From: Peribolospora baueri
Lineage: Eukaryota
Direction: 5' to 3'
DNA: 36,980 nt
NCBI GenBank assembly: GCA_029717555.1
Contig: JAMDHS010000052.1
Coordinates: 124,001-160,980 of the forward strand
The notes below the pieces were generated by a model, which saw only the letters and a program-made list of their open reading frames with translations, ran no database searches and was not told the DNA's origin. The translations under genes and the position numbers were made by a program. Shown here one piece after another: positions 34,881 through 36,980 of the stretch (the first letter of the stretch is position 1; every line of letters begins with the position of its first letter).

Positions 34881-34890
34881 ACCCTACCCT
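34881..34890. promoter_or_regulatory. Homol E-like ribosomal protein promoter element ACCCTACCCT
   Basis: Exact match to the Homol E box (ACCCTACCCT/AGGGTAGGGT) described for S. pombe ribosomal protein genes. It lies upstream of RPL6 in the RPL6/CK2-beta divergent promoter. Confidence 0.6.
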
Positions 34891-35201
34891 GACGAGGGGC
34901 GTGGGATTCTGAGCTTAGCCGCAGTAGCTTACGAAAGCGGTGCGGTTACACGCACGTGGGCGGGCTAGGCTGGACGACGCGATGGTCGGCCCGTCTGCAG
35001 ATCGGGCGTGAATAGTCGAGTCCAGTGGCGACGGTCGTCTCCTCCATCGCTCTCCATCGTCATTATCACCCTCATCCTGGGGACCCAAACCAACACTCAC
35101 GGCCTCCACCGCATCCCCATCTCTTTCTTCGCTCGTCTGCTTGCATCGATTTCCCGTTTTTAGCGGACCGCGCGTCCTTCATCTATCCAACTGGTTCGGC
35201 C

Positions 35202-36897
35202 ATGAGCGCCCGAGGCTCTCAGCCATACGAGCCCGTGAGCGCCGCGCACGACGATCGACCCTCCAACAGCGGAGCAGCCACGTCCCGTAGAGTGGGCGAG
35301 GATGTGATTGCCGAGGGAGATTCTTTAGGAGCGGCTGAAGGGGAGGAGGAGGAGGAGGAGGAAGAAGAGGAAGACGAGGAAGCGCTGGCAGCGCAGCAGG
35401 AGGAAGAAGAGGTGTACGGTGAGCAAATGGACAAGCCGGGGTAGTCCGACTCTCGGCGATGTTTGAATGTAATGTTACTCATGAATCTTCTTTGGTCGGT
35501 CCAATACCGGCGTGCAACGGTCCCATCCTCCTCTGACGCTACCCCGCCTTCAGAATCTGAATCTGGATCCGAGTCTGGTTCAGACTCGTTGACGTGGATC
35601 TCATGGTTCTGTTCCCTACCCGGACACGAGTATTTTGCGGAGGTGGCCGAGGATTTCATCGAGGACGATTTCAACCTTACCGGGTTGACGGCCCTGGTGC
35701 CTTTTTATAAGGAGGCGCTGGAGATGATTTTGGACGTCGATCCGCGTAAGTGTGCTGGCGAGGAGGAGGAAACGTTCAGCTAGACTGCTAAGATATCTTC
35801 TTCTTCCTTCCATGTGGCCGTGGTTGCAGCAGAAGAAGAGGCCCTTAAAATCCCCGACGTGTCTATCGTCGAGTCGTCTGCAGAGCTCTTGTACGGCCTC
35901 ATTCACCAGCGATACATCCTCACCCGACCAGGTCTGCAGCAGATGGTGAGTATTTGGGCTCCCGTCCATGAAGGCCGCGAGATGCTCGCTTTGCTTTGAC
36001 TTTCAAAGCCAAGGACTTGAAAAAGTTCGATTTCTCACACCGTTTCTCGGCTTTGCCTTTTGACCCAGCTCGAGAAATTTGAGTCAGGGCATTTTGGTTA
36101 CTGTCCACGAGTCTTCTGTCACTCTCATCCTGTTCTACCGTGCGGTCGAAGCGACCTTCCGGGCCTGGACACCGTCAAGCTGTACTGCGCGAACTGCGTA
36201 GACATTTATAGTCCGCCTAGCAGCCGCTTTCAGGGTGTCGATGGTGGGTGTATGCTTCGTTGAGCCCCCATTTATTTTCGCCGACGTTTTGACGTTTTAA
36301 TACGCTTTCTGCCTCGCCATATGACCGCCATTCCAAGGCGCCTTTTTCGGCACCACCTTTCCGCACCTCCTCTTCCAAACCTATCGCGATTTCGCCCCGT
36401 CTCCTCTAGCACCACGACCGAGCACACCGCCGACATCTTCTACCAATACTCCCTGGAGCTTCACGACGGTGGACCCGAACCCTTCTGGATTCTCTCCCGG
36501 CCCAGCGGCCACTCTCGGAGGCGATCCCTCTCGGACCGGTTCACCGCTTGCGAAGAAGGAGATGGCAGAGGACGCGGATCCGTCGTCGCAGGTGTCCGGC
36601 ACAGCCGAAGGCGGCGGCGGCGGCGAAGCGATCGTGCGCACGCTCCAGCCGCACCAGTTGGGACAGAAGGAGGCGAGCACGCGGATCTACACGGCGAGGA
36701 TCTATGGGTTCCGCGTGTCGGAATTGAGTCGGAGCGGGCCTCGGATGAGGTGGCTGAGGGCGCGACCGCAAAGCCTGGAAGAGCTAGAGAGGGGCGAGCG
36801 GGCGCTCGTCACCGGTGTGGCGGGCGGCGGCGGTGGGGCGGGGCGAGGGTCGGATAATGGGCAAGGAGGGAGGCCGAGTGCGATCGCTGCGGCTTAG
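35202..36897 (+). CDS. CKB1: Casein kinase II regulatory subunit beta (CKB1-type), multi-exon
   Basis: TWISWFCSLPGHEYFAEVAEDFIEDDFNLTGL, YKEALEMILD, SAELLYGLIHQRYILT, zinc finger FGYCPRVFC...KLYCANC, GVDG|AFFGTTFPHLL, Y.ARIYGFRVSE..RSGPRMRWLR. Acidic poly-Glu N-terminal extension. Confidence 0.95.
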
Positions 36898-36943
36898 GTG
36901 TGCGAGAGAAGGAGGAGCGGGTTGGACCAAACACTGGTGTCGC

Positions 36944-36971
36944 TTTTTTTTTTTTTTTTTTTTTTTTTTTT
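36944..36971 (+). repeat. Poly-T tract (28 nt)
   Basis: Uninterrupted T run about 47 nt after the CK2 beta stop codon. Confidence 0.95.
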
Positions 36972-36980
36972 CTTTTGGCT

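Noticed and set aside
34926..34932. GTAAGC donor on the minus strand as start of the RPL6 leader intron
   Set aside because: It lies upstream of the Homol E box and so is probably not transcribed; the donor at 34741 fits better.

Overview
GC-rich, intron-rich fungal genomic DNA, most likely basidiomycete (inference from gene content and GTGAGT/GTGCGT donors; possibly Ustilaginomycotina). Left to right: a frameshift-riddled, intronless flavocytochrome b2-like pseudogene (+); RAD50 (-) with two GC-AG introns; a secreted RlpA/DPBB-like protein (-); a non-RD Ser/Thr kinase with a long low-complexity tail (-); a 6-exon mitochondrial-type membrane protein with a 17-nt microexon (+); a TPR/MLP1 nuclear-basket gene (-) with an internal tandem duplication that copied an intron; an Artemis-type beta-CASP nuclease (+); a hidden 4-exon, 76-aa SCOC/Slo1-like gene (-) that the ORF track does not reveal; a Tma23-like G-patch protein (+); RPL6 (-) with a perfect Homol E box and a probable 5'UTR intron; and CK2 beta (+). 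I found no tRNA, rRNA, CRISPR array or transposon. I found no convincing new multi-gene system; the best novelties are gene-structure events. All gene models were spliced by hand, family calls come from motif recall rather than database searches, and boundaries need RNA-seq confirmation.
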